Positions 31,928-43,054 of a stretch of DNA of 64,000 bases are shown one piece after another. Position 1 is the first letter of the stretch. Each line of letters starts with the position of its first letter. The DNA is from Tetramitus jugosus (lineage: Eukaryota > Protista > Heterolobosea): contig OW569376.1 of NCBI GenBank assembly GCA_937625935.1, positions 1 to 64,000 of the forward strand. Direction: 5' to 3'. The notes beneath the pieces were generated by a model. It worked only from the letters and a program-made list of their open reading frames with translations, did no database searches and was not told the origin of the DNA. Made by a program: the position numbers and the translations under genes.

Positions 31928-34900
31928 ATGAGCTCAGGAGATAAATCAAAGAGGTCTTCTCTCACTACGCCTAGCAAGCAGCAGGACAAAGACTTTGCCA
32001 GCATGCTGAGCCCTGCTAACTCCAAGATGTACAGACTTTTGTCAGACAATTTTGCCACTCCCAACACTGTGGATTCAAGACAAGATGTTTCCTCCTCTTA
32101 TGAAGTCAAGGACTTTCAAAAGATTTTAGACACAAGCATCGAACCACTGAACGAAGAAGACTCCATGAAAATGCTCAAACAGCAGCTTGCACATGTACAA
32201 CAGATCAAGTTTGATAATCAGAGAAAACAACAAATGATCACTGAGCTTCATCATCAATTGGATGATCTCTTAAAGTACAAGGATGAAGCATTTCACTTTA
32301 AGAATGAGGTGGAAATCCTTCGAGAGAGACTGAAGATGAAGGAAGAAGAAATGAGAAGGATCAATGAGGAAGCTTCTGATAATGCTTTGGAGTATCAAAG
32401 AATTGAAAAGGAATTGCGCACTGAAATAGCTAAGCTAAACAGGCAATCCTTGGAGGACTCTGAGAAGAAAGAATCAAGAATAAGAGAGTTGAAAGAAAAA
32501 CTTGCCTCCGCTATTGCCAGTGCAGATGCTTCAGAAAAGGATAGGATCGAAGTGGAGAGACAACTGAGCAGCTTAACTGCCTCATTGAAGGAGCAACAGA
32601 CATTGTTGGAGCACAAATCAAACCAACAGAGAGAATTAACTAGGAAACTTCAAGAGCAAGTTGCCATCTTGACAGAAGCTAGGAATGAATTAAGCGCAAA
32701 GGTTGTTCAACTCGAAGCAGCAACTCGTAGTTTCAGCACAGAATCCGGTCAAAAGGATGCTGAGATTGATCGATTGAAGAAAGAGAATGACAAGCTCGAA
32801 GAATTGAAGAGATCCCATATTACTTCTATTCAAAATCTTGAAGGTACTCTTCTTTCTCTAAAAGAAAAGGTTTTGGAGTTGAATATTGAAGGAAATATCG
32901 TTGATGATTTGAGGAGGGAGCTCTCCATCATTCCTGAATTGAAAGATGAACTCACTAGAGTTGTGAATGCTCTTTCAATCACACAGGATGCCCTCGAAAA
33001 AGAACGCGTCGATCACAGAAACACAATTGAAGATAGAGATCGCTTCCAAGATCTGAATTCACATCTCGAAAGCCATAGCGAGAATTTAAGATCAGAAGTC
33101 AGTAAACTGAAAGAGGAGAACGAAGCTCTACAAGGCGTGGAACAAGAAGTTTTGTTTGTGAATAAGGAACTCGAGCACTCGAAGAAATTGAATTCTGATC
33201 TCGAACAAAAGTTAGCTAAGATGACAAAGCAGAAGGAGGAAAGAGAAGATCGTGTCAAGGTTTCAAGCCTCCGCATTGCCAACGAGCTAGGAAATTTCCA
33301 AACATGGATTGAATCTGCTCTTGCGGGTGAACTTGAGAATGTAGATGCTGATGAAGGAAATGATCTTCTAGAACAGGAGCTTGTAGGACTCGATGGAATG
33401 AAGTCTGTCATTATGGGTACTAAATCCAGAGTTGTTGATGCTATTTATGAAATTGTTCATTTGAGAGACAACTATAAGACTTTGACAAACGAATTAGATA
33501 GTAAGAATACTCTCTTCTCTAATCTGGATGTTGAAAAATCAGAACTCCAGAAAGAATTGCTCAGTCTACGTAAGCTAGCATCTGAGCAAGAGAAAGCCCT
33601 CCGTACACTTGACGAGCAAAAGGCGAATATGGAGAGAAATATTACAGAGCTTGAGGATATTGTGGAGGATCAACAGGAAGAGGAGAGAAGTAGATCTCGA
33701 TTTGTGCTCTCACTACTGAGACAACTAAAGAGTACAGTGACTGATAGAAATTATGATGGATCACCTGTCAAGGGTGGAAAGTCCTCCTCGATTGAAATGG
33801 AGAATATCACTTGGGAAACTGTTCAGGCGCAGTTTTCTGAACAAATATCAAAGCATATCATCGAACGTGATGCATTGAAGAAGGAGAGAATCAATCTTGA
33901 GGCACAAGTCGCCGAGCTCGAAGATAGCTACATGAGACAAACGAATGCACTCAGAGAGGCTCAAGAGCAATACGAAGAGGACAGAAAAGAAAATGACCTA
34001 CTTAAGCAGAAGGAAATTGATGAGATGCGACGAAAATATGAGGATGAGCTGGACTCCTTGTTAGCAGAGTACAAACTAAAGATTAAGGACTTTGTGGACA
34101 AAGATTCAGAGCAACAGGCCTTCATCAATGAATTGAATATTAAGTACAAGAAGGCTTCGTTGACGGTTGATGTGTTGAAGAGTGATATTGAGAGCCTTCA
34201 TATTGAGAAGGAGAAACTCCAAGGTTGCTTGAGATTGATGGCAAGAGGAGTTAGACCAATGAAGAATAAGATATCTGACTTGAAGGATCATAAGAAGATT
34301 TTAGCTTTGCAAGTGCGATACTTGGAAAGACTTCAAAAGAATATCCACGACTCAGTAAAGCAACTCTCTGGCGAATTCCAGTTGGAGGACGAGTTTGGAG
34401 TGGCAGATGTTGTTTCCAAGCCAAAGGCCTCTTTCCGCTCTGCTGCAATTGCTGTAATTGCATTTATTAAGTTGAATAAGCTGAGAAACAAGGAGAAGAA
34501 GATTCAAGTGTACAACGTTGGTGACGACAAGGTTCAATTGTTACCTGAGGAAGAAATACCTCATATCGACACGACTAAACTTCCATTTGGTGCTGATATT
34601 GACAAATCAAACGTGCAGTCATTCCTCCAACTATGTTCTTACTTGGACCCAAAGGTTGACGAGAAGCGAGCAAGTAAGGATATGTGGTTGATTATGGCTC
34701 TCCAAGATGGACTTGACGGTCTTCTCTCGAAGAGATTGAACTCTAGCTTGAACACTTCAATGCAAACACCAAGCAAGCGAAAGGTATCTTTCATTGAGAA
34801 CTCTATTGCTCATCAGAGTCCTGCTAAGAGAACCATTGAGAGAGTCCAAAAAACAACTGTTGGAGTTACCAAGATCTTGAGGGACCTTGCCAAGGAAAGA

Positions 34901-35881
34901 AACTCTTTGCAGAAGGAATTGTACGAGTTTAATGAGAGAATGTCTCGCTTGCAAAAGACTGTGACTGAAGCTGAGGAAAATGCCAGAAAGAAACAAGAGT
35001 TGGTATCATTCATGGAAACGAGAATCGAAGAATTACAAAGCGAAAATATGGAACTCATCCAACCTGAAAAGTACAACTTGCTGCAGAGGGAGATTGAAAA
35101 ATTGAGAGACAACTATGCTCACATTCAGTACGAAAAGGAACAATTCAAACAAGAGTTTGAAAATCAAATGACAGCCTTGGACAATTACCGAAAGGATGTT
35201 CAAGAGTTACAAGATAAACTGCGTGAACGAACATCTCGCCTGGAGGTTGCCCAAAAGGAGTTGCAATCAAAGAGAGTTGAAACTGAAAGTTTACAATCAA
35301 TTATCAACAAGCACACTGAAATGTTGCGCGACCTGGAGACAGAGAAGAACAAGTACGAGACTCTTGTGACTGACTTGAGAGAGAAGTTGTACAAGCGTCA
35401 AGCAGATAATGCTGTATCTGCAAGATTTGCTGAACTTTCAAGCACTCCAGTCTCTCCAGCGCGACCTGAAGGATCTGTTCCTTCATCCAGCAGTCTTTCT
35501 CCTTCGTTCTCTAATTTGAGAAAGCGTGTGGAACGTGATCTCAATGAGAGCCAAATTATGATGAAGCAATTGACCGAGTCCACTGCAAAGACGAACAGAG
35601 AAGTGTACGAGCTGGATAGAGAACTAAAGCACGCCAGAAAGCACTTGGCAGAGTTGCAACAGAATTTGAGTGGCGGATTCAGTCCTAACGGTATCTCTCC
35701 ATCGAGTCCAATCACTCACCTCTCAGCCGAGAAGAAACAGAATCCAGCAAGCGCTGTCAAGAGAAGAGACTACTCTCTCGATGACAGTACACAGGACTTG
35801 GATGTACAAGATGACTTGTTCTCTCTGACACGCCCACCAAGCAGAAGAAGCAAAAGACCCAACAGCAGTCATGAACTGTAA
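31928..35881 (+). CDS. Long coiled-coil protein, CCDC171-like
   Basis: 1317-aa heptad-rich ORF with the PACT-like motif FRSAAIAVIAFIKL seen in CCDC171-type proteins. Confidence 0.65.
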   Translation: MSSGDKSKRSSLTTPSKQQDKDFASMLSPANSKMYRLLSDNFATPNTVDSRQDVSSSYEVKDFQKILDTSIEPLNEEDSMKMLKQQLAHVQQIKFDNQRKQQMITELHHQLDDLLKYKDEAFHFKNEVEILRERLKMKEEEMRRINEEASDNALEYQRIEKELRTEIAKLNRQSLEDSEKKESRIRELKEKLASAIASADASEKDRIEVERQLSSLTASLKEQQTLLEHKSNQQRELTRKLQEQVAILTEARNELSAKVVQLEAATRSFSTESGQKDAEIDRLKKENDKLEELKRSHITSIQNLEGTLLSLKEKVLELNIEGNIVDDLRRELSIIPELKDELTRVVNALSITQDALEKERVDHRNTIEDRDRFQDLNSHLESHSENLRSEVSKLKEENEALQGVEQEVLFVNKELEHSKKLNSDLEQKLAKMTKQKEEREDRVKVSSLRIANELGNFQTWIESALAGELENVDADEGNDLLEQELVGLDGMKSVIMGTKSRVVDAIYEIVHLRDNYKTLTNELDSKNTLFSNLDVEKSELQKELLSLRKLASEQEKALRTLDEQKANMERNITELEDIVEDQQEEERSRSRFVLSLLRQLKSTVTDRNYDGSPVKGGKSSSIEMENITWETVQAQFSEQISKHIIERDALKKERINLEAQVAELEDSYMRQTNALREAQEQYEEDRKENDLLKQKEIDEMRRKYEDELDSLLAEYKLKIKDFVDKDSEQQAFINELNIKYKKASLTVDVLKSDIESLHIEKEKLQGCLRLMARGVRPMKNKISDLKDHKKILALQVRYLERLQKNIHDSVKQLSGEFQLEDEFGVADVVSKPKASFRSAAIAVIAFIKLNKLRNKEKKIQVYNVGDDKVQLLPEEEIPHIDTTKLPFGADIDKSNVQSFLQLCSYLDPKVDEKRASKDMWLIMALQDGLDGLLSKRLNSSLNTSMQTPSKRKVSFIENSIAHQSPAKRTIERVQKTTVGVTKILRDLAKERNSLQKELYEFNERMSRLQKTVTEAEENARKKQELVSFMETRIEELQSENMELIQPEKYNLLQREIEKLRDNYAHIQYEKEQFKQEFENQMTALDNYRKDVQELQDKLRERTSRLEVAQKELQSKRVETESLQSIINKHTEMLRDLETEKNKYETLVTDLREKLYKRQADNAVSARFAELSSTPVSPARPEGSVPSSSSLSPSFSNLRKRVERDLNESQIMMKQLTESTAKTNREVYELDRELKHARKHLAELQQNLSGGFSPNGISPSSPITHLSAEKKQNPASAVKRRDYSLDDSTQDLDVQDDLFSLTRPPSRRSKRPNSSHEL

Positions 35882-35920
35882 CTTTTGGAGTGTATATCAT
35901 AAAAGTCTGTACAAAATACT

Positions 35921-37003
35921 TTATTTTTGTTCCTTGTATCCATGAGGATTGCTCTTGTGCCAATTCCATGCAGTAGCAACAATCTTTTCAATATCATCAT
36001 ACTGTCTTACCCAGTTGAGTTCTCTCTCGGCCACATCTGAGGATGCGACGAGACATGCAGGATCTCCTTCTCTTCTCGGAGCTTCTTCAACAGGTATGGC
36101 GTGCCCAGTCACTCTTTTACATGCCTCAATCACTTGCTTCACCGAGTATCCCTTGCCCGATCCTAGATTGCACTTTAGTGACTGATGAGTGTCCAAGTAG
36201 CGCAATGCACTAATGTGTGCGGATGCAAGATCGTTGACATGGACATAATCTCTGACACATGTTCCATCCTCTGTGGGCCAATCAGCTCCAAACATCTTGA
36301 TGGATGATCTCTGACCCAGTGCCACTTGAAGAATCACTGGAATGAGATGAGTCTCTGGTTCATGAGCCTCACCAATCAATCCACTGTCATCTGCACCACA
36401 TGCATTAAAATAGCGCAAACAGACATACTTGAATTGAGGATTGGCACCAGTGAGCCAATGCAACATCTTCTCCACAGCCAACTTTGTTTCACCATATGGA
36501 TTGACAGGGTCACGAGGGGCATCCGATGAAACTGGACTGTCCTCTGATTTGACATCACCAAACACGGCTGCCGTAGAGGAGAAAATGAGCTTGTGGCAAT
36601 GATACTTTTGCATGACTTGGAGAAGCTTTAGAGTCGCACAAAAATTGTTATCATAGTAGCTCAGAGGATCAGTTACACTCTCAGCTACTGAAATCAGTGC
36701 ACAAAAGTGCATGACTGCTTCAATGACATTGTCATTGTTGCTGCTTTGATACTTTTCAAAGACCAATGAGAGCTTTTCAGTGTCGCTGAGCTCACCTTGC
36801 TCGACGAACAATCGCTGCGCAAACTCACCATTGTTCATGCGCTGGATGCGATCTACGGCGGAGCGGAAACCTGTGATAAAATTATCATAGACAACCACGG
36901 AGTAATTGGTGGTGCGGAGGAGGCGGAGAACAGTGTGACTGCCAATGTAGCCAGCACCGCCACACACGAGAATGTACTTGTTGATGATGGGAGAAGATGT
37001 CAT
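35921..37003 (-). CDS. galE: UDP-glucose 4-epimerase
   Basis: GGAGYIGSH, FSSTAAVFG, YGETK, LRYFN, GEAHEPETHLIP, DGTCVRDYVHV. Confidence 0.95.
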   Translation of the reverse strand: MTSSPIINKYILVCGGAGYIGSHTVLRLLRTTNYSVVVYDNFITGFRSAVDRIQRMNNGEFAQRLFVEQGELSDTEKLSLVFEKYQSSNNDNVIEAVMHFCALISVAESVTDPLSYYDNNFCATLKLLQVMQKYHCHKLIFSSTAAVFGDVKSEDSPVSSDAPRDPVNPYGETKLAVEKMLHWLTGANPQFKYVCLRYFNACGADDSGLIGEAHEPETHLIPVILQVALGQRSSIKMFGADWPTEDGTCVRDYVHVNDLASAHISALRYLDTHQSLKCNLGSGKGYSVKQVIEACKRVTGHAIPVEEAPRREGDPACLVASSDVAERELNWVRQYDDIEKIVATAWNWHKSNPHGYKEQK

Positions 37004-37238
37004 GATGACGATTTTGTTGGTTTGTTTGTGGTTTGTGATGATCGAACTTTGCTTTTTCTTCCAATCCAGATTCTGTTCGTTGCTTGTGTGGGTCCTTCTT
37101 CACCATTCCATCGTTTTTTTGGACCACCGACTCTTCCAACCAGGAACAGAATTAACTCCTCATGCAACGGGTCTTGGCGCTCTTTTTTTGTCATCTACGT
37201 TTTTCCTGCTTGTACTTTGATGACTTGAGTTGATAAAA

Positions 37239-38468
37239 ATGTTGGGTTCAGCGACAGATAGCAATGGCCCAATGAATGCTCTCGAGGCTCAGAGAGAAAT
37301 TGAGAACTTGAAATGCCTTGACCTTGAGGATGTGGGCTCTCCCAGGTGGATGAAACAGAGAGAAACGATTGAAAGACTCAATGTTCAAGCTCACCACAAT
37401 GCAATGAGCAACCAAGATGAATTTATTGTTGAATCATTCATATCCTTTGGTATGATACCTACTCTGGTGCATGAGTTGATTGTGATTGAAACATGGAAAC
37501 TCAAGGTGGCTCCTCTGTTGGAAGATGAACTGTTGAAGAACCAGAGGCAATCCATGAAACCTTACTTTCTCCACTATCACGAAGCTACGATTGTGAATCT
37601 TCTAGAGTGCATGTTTTATCACAAGGATGCCGTCTTGGGATGTGACAACATGATGATTGAACTCGTTGATTATTGTCAGCGAAAAGTCAACTATTTGCTC
37701 TTGACCCACACACCTGAGATGCAAGTGAAATCATCCAAGGAAGTGGGCACAATGAGCGAAAGGGAAATATTTGATGAGCAGAGAAGAGACATGCAGTACA
37801 ACATCTGCATGTGCACTCTTACTGTATTGAGATACATTACGGACCATGCTGCCGCTCTTGCTCCATCGATTCTGAACAGGATATTGGATACTCTGGACTT
37901 TACCGTAGCTCTCATCTACTTGATTGAGAAGGCTCCATGGAAGAAGAGAGCCAAGGGGAAAACTTTCAAGTACCTGAGCGGTCGATGGGTCGAAGTAAAC
38001 AGCGCAGATACCCTCAAGTTGACTCAACACGAGGCTCAAGTATGGTTAGCTGTGAACAATCTGGTGGTTGACCCCGAGTGCAGGAGAAAGTATGAATACA
38101 ACAGTTTCAGAAAGGACACCATGTTGAAATTGAAAAGGTACATGAATGAAGTGTTGATTGACCAGATTCATGTGCTGACCGACTTGCAAAGAGCGGTGGA
38201 AGAACTTCAAATTATGAACCCTCCAGAAGCAGCCAATGTGTCCATGCTCCTCATCGAACAAGTACCAGAGCTCAGAGAATCACTGATGAGAAAAGATTTC
38301 GAAGAGATTGCACAATCACAAGCAGTCACCCTGTTTGATGAAGACGAGAACGAAAAGAGGGAAGAAATGATCAGAATGGCCAAGCTATTCTCAGAGATGG
38401 TTGACTTGTCGGGACACTCTGACCCCACAACCAACGAACAGGAAGAGTTTCAGTTTGTCAAAATCTGA
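37239..38468 (+). CDS. ZMYND10: ZMYND10/BLU homolog (axonemal dynein assembly), without the MYND finger
   Basis: VGSPRW...IERLNVQAH, YHEATIVNLLE, ELVDYC, EAQVWLA, VLIDQ motifs; ORF ends where the MYND finger normally begins. Confidence 0.85.
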   Translation: MLGSATDSNGPMNALEAQREIENLKCLDLEDVGSPRWMKQRETIERLNVQAHHNAMSNQDEFIVESFISFGMIPTLVHELIVIETWKLKVAPLLEDELLKNQRQSMKPYFLHYHEATIVNLLECMFYHKDAVLGCDNMMIELVDYCQRKVNYLLLTHTPEMQVKSSKEVGTMSEREIFDEQRRDMQYNICMCTLTVLRYITDHAAALAPSILNRILDTLDFTVALIYLIEKAPWKKRAKGKTFKYLSGRWVEVNSADTLKLTQHEAQVWLAVNNLVVDPECRRKYEYNSFRKDTMLKLKRYMNEVLIDQIHVLTDLQRAVEELQIMNPPEAANVSMLLIEQVPELRESLMRKDFEEIAQSQAVTLFDEDENEKREEMIRMAKLFSEMVDLSGHSDPTTNEQEEFQFVKI

Positions 38469-38637
38469 GTTCGCGAAAACACTGGAACAAAAAAATTCTG
38501 CGACTCCGTCCATAAAAAACTAGCCGTTATCCAAAATTGCTTTGCACTTTTTGGCTTTGGAAATGAATCATCTCAACAACAAACAGATTCAGAACATCCA
38601 CACGTACTTGTACATCCAAACAACCTTTTCACTTACA

Positions 38638-39633
38638 ATGATTGCCACACTTCCAAGCACTCCTATCGTATCACGCAAGAATCTCATCCGTAAGAAGCGT
38701 AACCCCTGTACAGTGACACCATCCAAACAAACAACTCTTGCCCATTTTGTAAACAGGTCAACCAAAGATGAAGACGAAACATTCTCTCCCATTGTCCTTC
38801 CTTTCCAATCTAACAACAAAATTACAAAGTCACACAAAATGAAAGGTAAGTCCCATACGACCTCTTGTCCCTTAAAACTAACTCAAATGATATTAGATGC
38901 TGGTCAATCGGATCTCAAGTACATGACATGTCCAACGTGTCAAATGGTTTATTGCAAGGGACAGGAAGACGATGAAAGATTGCATGCAAAAGTATGCAAG
39001 AGATTTGCCCATCATCAATCCAAGTCTGAAGAACCCATCAAATACAAACCGTGCAAACAAGAGCGGCTGATTGAGAGAATTGGTCTCAACTGCAAGATTA
39101 TATCAATTCAATCATCAGACACGACAAAGTACCTGACAAAGAAGGCAGAAGAAGTGCGGACAATGGTGGAATCTGAACTTGGTTGTGCTCCCTTGACACC
39201 ACAACAACAACAACAGCAAACAGTGTACTTTTATGTGGAAGGCGATGAAATTATTGGTTGCCTTATTGCTCAAAGAATTCAATATGCTCATCGCATCATT
39301 GTTTCAATGTTGGAGCTCCAACAACACAACAACAAACAGTCGAAACAAGAGCCAACAGTCATGGAAGATGAACAAATTGCTGAAGAGGCAATGAATTCAT
39401 GTGATATGACAAGTCAAGTACCAGCTGTTTGTGGTGTGAGTCGCATATGGATTCACAAGAGTCATCGAAGAAAGAAAATTGCTCATAAGCTCTTGGAATC
39501 CGTGCGCAAATCTCTCGTCTACAGCTATCACATTCCTCTGGAACAAGTTGCTTTCTCTCAACCAACAACAGAGGGAAAACTATTTGCCATGAGATACACG
39601 GGTACCAAACAATTCCTCGTGTTCTCAGAGTAG
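38638..39633 (+). CDS. ECO1: Cohesin acetyltransferase Eco1/ESCO
   Basis: PIP-box-like QTTLAHF, QMILDAGQ, CPTCQMVY...DERLH zinc finger, GVSRIW...RRKKIA, AFSQPTTEG. Confidence 0.92.
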   Translation: MIATLPSTPIVSRKNLIRKKRNPCTVTPSKQTTLAHFVNRSTKDEDETFSPIVLPFQSNNKITKSHKMKGKSHTTSCPLKLTQMILDAGQSDLKYMTCPTCQMVYCKGQEDDERLHAKVCKRFAHHQSKSEEPIKYKPCKQERLIERIGLNCKIISIQSSDTTKYLTKKAEEVRTMVESELGCAPLTPQQQQQQTVYFYVEGDEIIGCLIAQRIQYAHRIIVSMLELQQHNNKQSKQEPTVMEDEQIAEEAMNSCDMTSQVPAVCGVSRIWIHKSHRRKKIAHKLLESVRKSLVYSYHIPLEQVAFSQPTTEGKLFAMRYTGTKQFLVFSE

Positions 39634-39813
39634 ATGGTGTGTTTTTGTGCAGCCAACCAAACAAAATTATTGTAAATACACACGTTCCACTCGCAAAAAC
39701 TTTTTGCAGTGGATCCAAAAACACGAGTTCCTCTCTTTCTGTGATCTCTCCCCAGAAAAAGATCTCAAAAACAAACAGCAGAAAACCAAGATCCTGAGAA
39801 GCAAAAAATCAAC

Positions 39814-40368
39814 ATGTTTCGCAGAGTCATTCGATTGGCATTCATTGGTGCAGCTGCCACCGGTGGATACACCTTGGCCAACAACTTGAAAAAACAATCC
39901 CCAGTCAGCACCTTTGCTCCCCCTCGTACTCTCTACACCTCCTCCGTTCATCTTTCTCCGACAATTTCTCCGAACGGTTACCACGGTCAACTTACGATTG
40001 AGCAGCACATTGATCAGAACAGCACTCTGATTCATGGTGAGCTTCAAAAAAAGACGAGCATTGTGAACAACAATAACAACGACAAGACCAATCACAAGAC
40101 CAAGCTCCAAACAGTAGCTCCATCTGCTCACCATCATACTTATCCATCTGCTGTGCGGCTCCTGGTTCTACCCACTGAACAATCTCCAGAATCATCTGCA
40201 ACCATCAATCAATTGGTGGGTGTGAGTGCAGAGGGAAAAATTGTTCATCGAATGCAAGGTGTCTCCGATGTCAATGGTAGAGTCATGTTGGTGAAGAATG
40301 AGAAGGATCAAGTGTTGGCACAGGGAATTGTGGAAGAAGTGTTGAAACCTGGGCAAAGACTTGTGTAA
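39814..40368 (+). CDS. Hypothetical protein, probably mitochondrial; possible degenerate Cu/Zn-SOD-like fold
   Basis: Arg-rich N-terminus followed by hydrophobic AFIGAAATGGY; strands GQLTIEQ...TLIHGEL and VNGRVMLV...LAQGIV. Confidence 0.6.
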   Translation: MFRRVIRLAFIGAAATGGYTLANNLKKQSPVSTFAPPRTLYTSSVHLSPTISPNGYHGQLTIEQHIDQNSTLIHGELQKKTSIVNNNNNDKTNHKTKLQTVAPSAHHHTYPSAVRLLVLPTEQSPESSATINQLVGVSAEGKIVHRMQGVSDVNGRVMLVKNEKDQVLAQGIVEEVLKPGQRLV

Positions 40369-40505
40369 ATTGAAGTTCATTGTTGGTTGAGCTGTTTTTT
40401 GTTGTTGTAAGTAGTTCTTAAATAAATATATGTATTTTGGGGTGTTTCTTTGTTTGATGGTCATTTGTTGTAATTTAAGCTGTTATTTCGTTGTTGGAAG
40501 TGTCA

Positions 40506-42963
40506 TCAATAGATTGTGGTCCACTTGAATGTTGTCAGCTGCTCCTTGAAACTGCCACGTTCTCGAATCATCACAGTTCTGAGATTCTTTCGAGGTGACT
40601 CGACAAGTTTGCTGATAGCAAAGGAACTGATCGATAGATAGACGATGAAAAATCGAACATTGGGACAATGATCTACAACTGTGAGGAATAAGTCATCGTG
40701 AGTTCCATTGATGTTGGACGCTTCGCACATCAGATTCACAAGGTTCTGCCCTGCCTTTTTCACTACACTGATTGCACTTGCAATATCCGTTTCATGTTCC
40801 ATCTCAAAAGCGATTCCTTCCAAATCAATACACTGCTTGTCTGAAACTAGTTCTGCCAGATGGTTGATCAAGCTAGTGGGAGATAGACATGACAGAGTTC
40901 GTATTCGATGTGCATTCTCCGCTGTTACTAAGCCAGAGAGTAATGTCTCAGATACGCTAATTCGTTTGTCAACACAGAGGTGTCTCAACTTGTTGACTCT
41001 GTTGCAGAGTAAGCGAAGCCAAAACCCTGTTGTTCCCCCAATGTGAACACTCTCCAAATTGCTCTTCATCTCTGGAAGAGATTGAAAGTCAACATCATCC
41101 AAGGCTTTAGTATTCTCCAAAATAATGTTGGAGAGTAGAAGGACTCTAAGCTGTGGAAACACTATCGGGAAGTCCCAAAGAAAAAGTTCTTGAGCTTTAG
41201 TTGCTCTCAGCTTCATATCCACCAGATGAAGCTCTTCCAAGTTCGGACAATACTGCATGATCATTTGTGAGATCATATTGCCAAAATCAGTTGAGAGATT
41301 GGGATTAAAACCTTCAAATTTAAGAGCGAGAACCTTCAGTTGTTTCCCGTACCGGGAGAAGAACAACTTACAGTGCTCTGCATGAGCACTTTCATACTCT
41401 GGTTTAGACATGTCAAGAGCGAGAACATTCAATTGAGAAGGAAGCCTCACTCTCTCAAAGAATTCAATGTTTGTTCCGAAACAAGAAAGGACCTCGAGTT
41501 CCGTATGCAGATCTATAAATGTTGCTAACTCATCTGGTGAGAGATCATGATTCTCAAAAATTCGTAGACCTGGATAGAATTGCACAAAGTCAGATAGAGA
41601 TAAATCAGCACTGAGGTATCCAGAAGTTCGCAACTCCTTTAGAGTATTGTTGTTTTTCGCAGCTGCAATCATTCTGGACGACACAGCCGCTGTGAGTATT
41701 TCTCCAAGTGGAAAGTCCTGACTACCGTCTGTGATCGTTACAGATTCCAGATGTGGAAACATGAATGTCAGAATATGTATGCCTGATCCCAACAGCAAGT
41801 ATGTAGAGATATTGAGCTGTTTTAGAGTGTGACAGAAATGAGAAAGCTTCGTAGGATTAAATGGCTCAGTGTAAAGTAGCGCATTCGATCGCAACTTCAC
41901 CTCATCATAGTGCTTTTCCTTGTTTTGAGCAGCATAGTCACTGTATAGTTCGTCCGATAATTGCTCAAGAAACTGGGCAAAGAAATCAAACTCTCCCCTA
42001 GGATCCAAATTGAGATGCGAAAGCTTTACAAAAGGTCTGAGTGGTTCCACCGTATTAACAGTCACAAAAGATACTCCCACACATTCAGTCATATCAAAAT
42101 TCTCCAAATTTTGTTGCATGAGTGGACTGGAGATCACATGTGTTAGAGCTTGCTCAGTAATTCTGCAACAGCCTTTGAGTATCAGAGATTTTAAGGCAGT
42201 GCATCTCTCAGATATAATGGCAACAACATTATCAGTCACAGCGTCACAATCATGCAGATGAAGAGTCTGAATGAATGGAGCAAATTCACAAATAATATTA
42301 ATGAGTGCTTCCTCTGTGATACGAACATGAGCAGTTCTCGCAAATTGATCATCTGTATGCACTCGCTTGTCACCAAACGAGTACGGATTCATCCAACGTT
42401 CATACGGTTCTTCAATATAGGAACCCGATGTGCATCCCAACCTTCTTGCATAGTTCCAATCTGCGATATAGAACTCTCTCGATCTCCACACTTGTGCAAA
42501 GTAGTCTGGATTGGCAAAATCCACATGCCTGAACAACAAGGACTGATACGTGTGCAACTGATCTTCAGAGATGACTCTCGTGTAAGGACTAGCTCTCTTC
42601 TTCTGCTTCTTCTTGGTGCTCCACAATTGCAACGAGATTGGAACTCGAGACGTGTTCGTGCCTCGCGTTCGTCAACAGGAAATGAAAGAATCGACATGTG
42701 AATCTCAAGCGAATCATGGTCGCTGTGGCCAGATAGGAGAAGATGTGAACCCAGAGATCATTGGGAAAATGAAAGATGATTTCATCACAATTGGACAGTG
42801 CTTCCCAGTACAATGCATTAGTCAAGTCCTGTCTCTTCTTTTGTGTCTTCTTCTCTCTTCGTTCGTTGCATTTCTTCTTTGACGATTGGCTTTTGGTTGT
42901 CATGCTTCTCAGTTGACGATTGGCTTTTGGTCTTTGCTTCTGTGCCAATAATGTTCTGTTCAT
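40506..42963 (-). CDS. F-box / leucine-rich-repeat protein interrupted by a frameshift near 42630-42670
   Basis: F-box FPNDLWVHIFSYL...TCRFF in ORF 42589-42963; Cys-containing LRRs (LHLHDCDAVTD, LILKGCCRIT) in the overlapping ORF 40506-42632; no convincing intron at the junction. Confidence 0.75.
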
Positions 42964-42981
42964 GAACTTTCAAAAGGGTTT

Positions 42982-43054
42982 CTCCTCCAGTTGGGCTCGA
43001 ACCAACGACCTGCAGGTTAACAGCCTGACGCTCTACCAACTGAGCCATGGAGGA
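42982..43054 (-). tRNA. tRNA-Asn (GTT)
   Basis: 73-nt cloverleaf TCCTCCATGGCTCAGTTGGTAGAGCG...CTGTTAA...GGTTCGAGCC...TGGAGGAG; perfect acceptor stem; no encoded CCA; T4 tract just downstream. Confidence 0.97.

Noticed and set aside
42818-43048. 76-aa ORF MAQLVERQAVNLQVVGSSP...
   Set aside because: Translation artefact of the tRNA-Asn gene.
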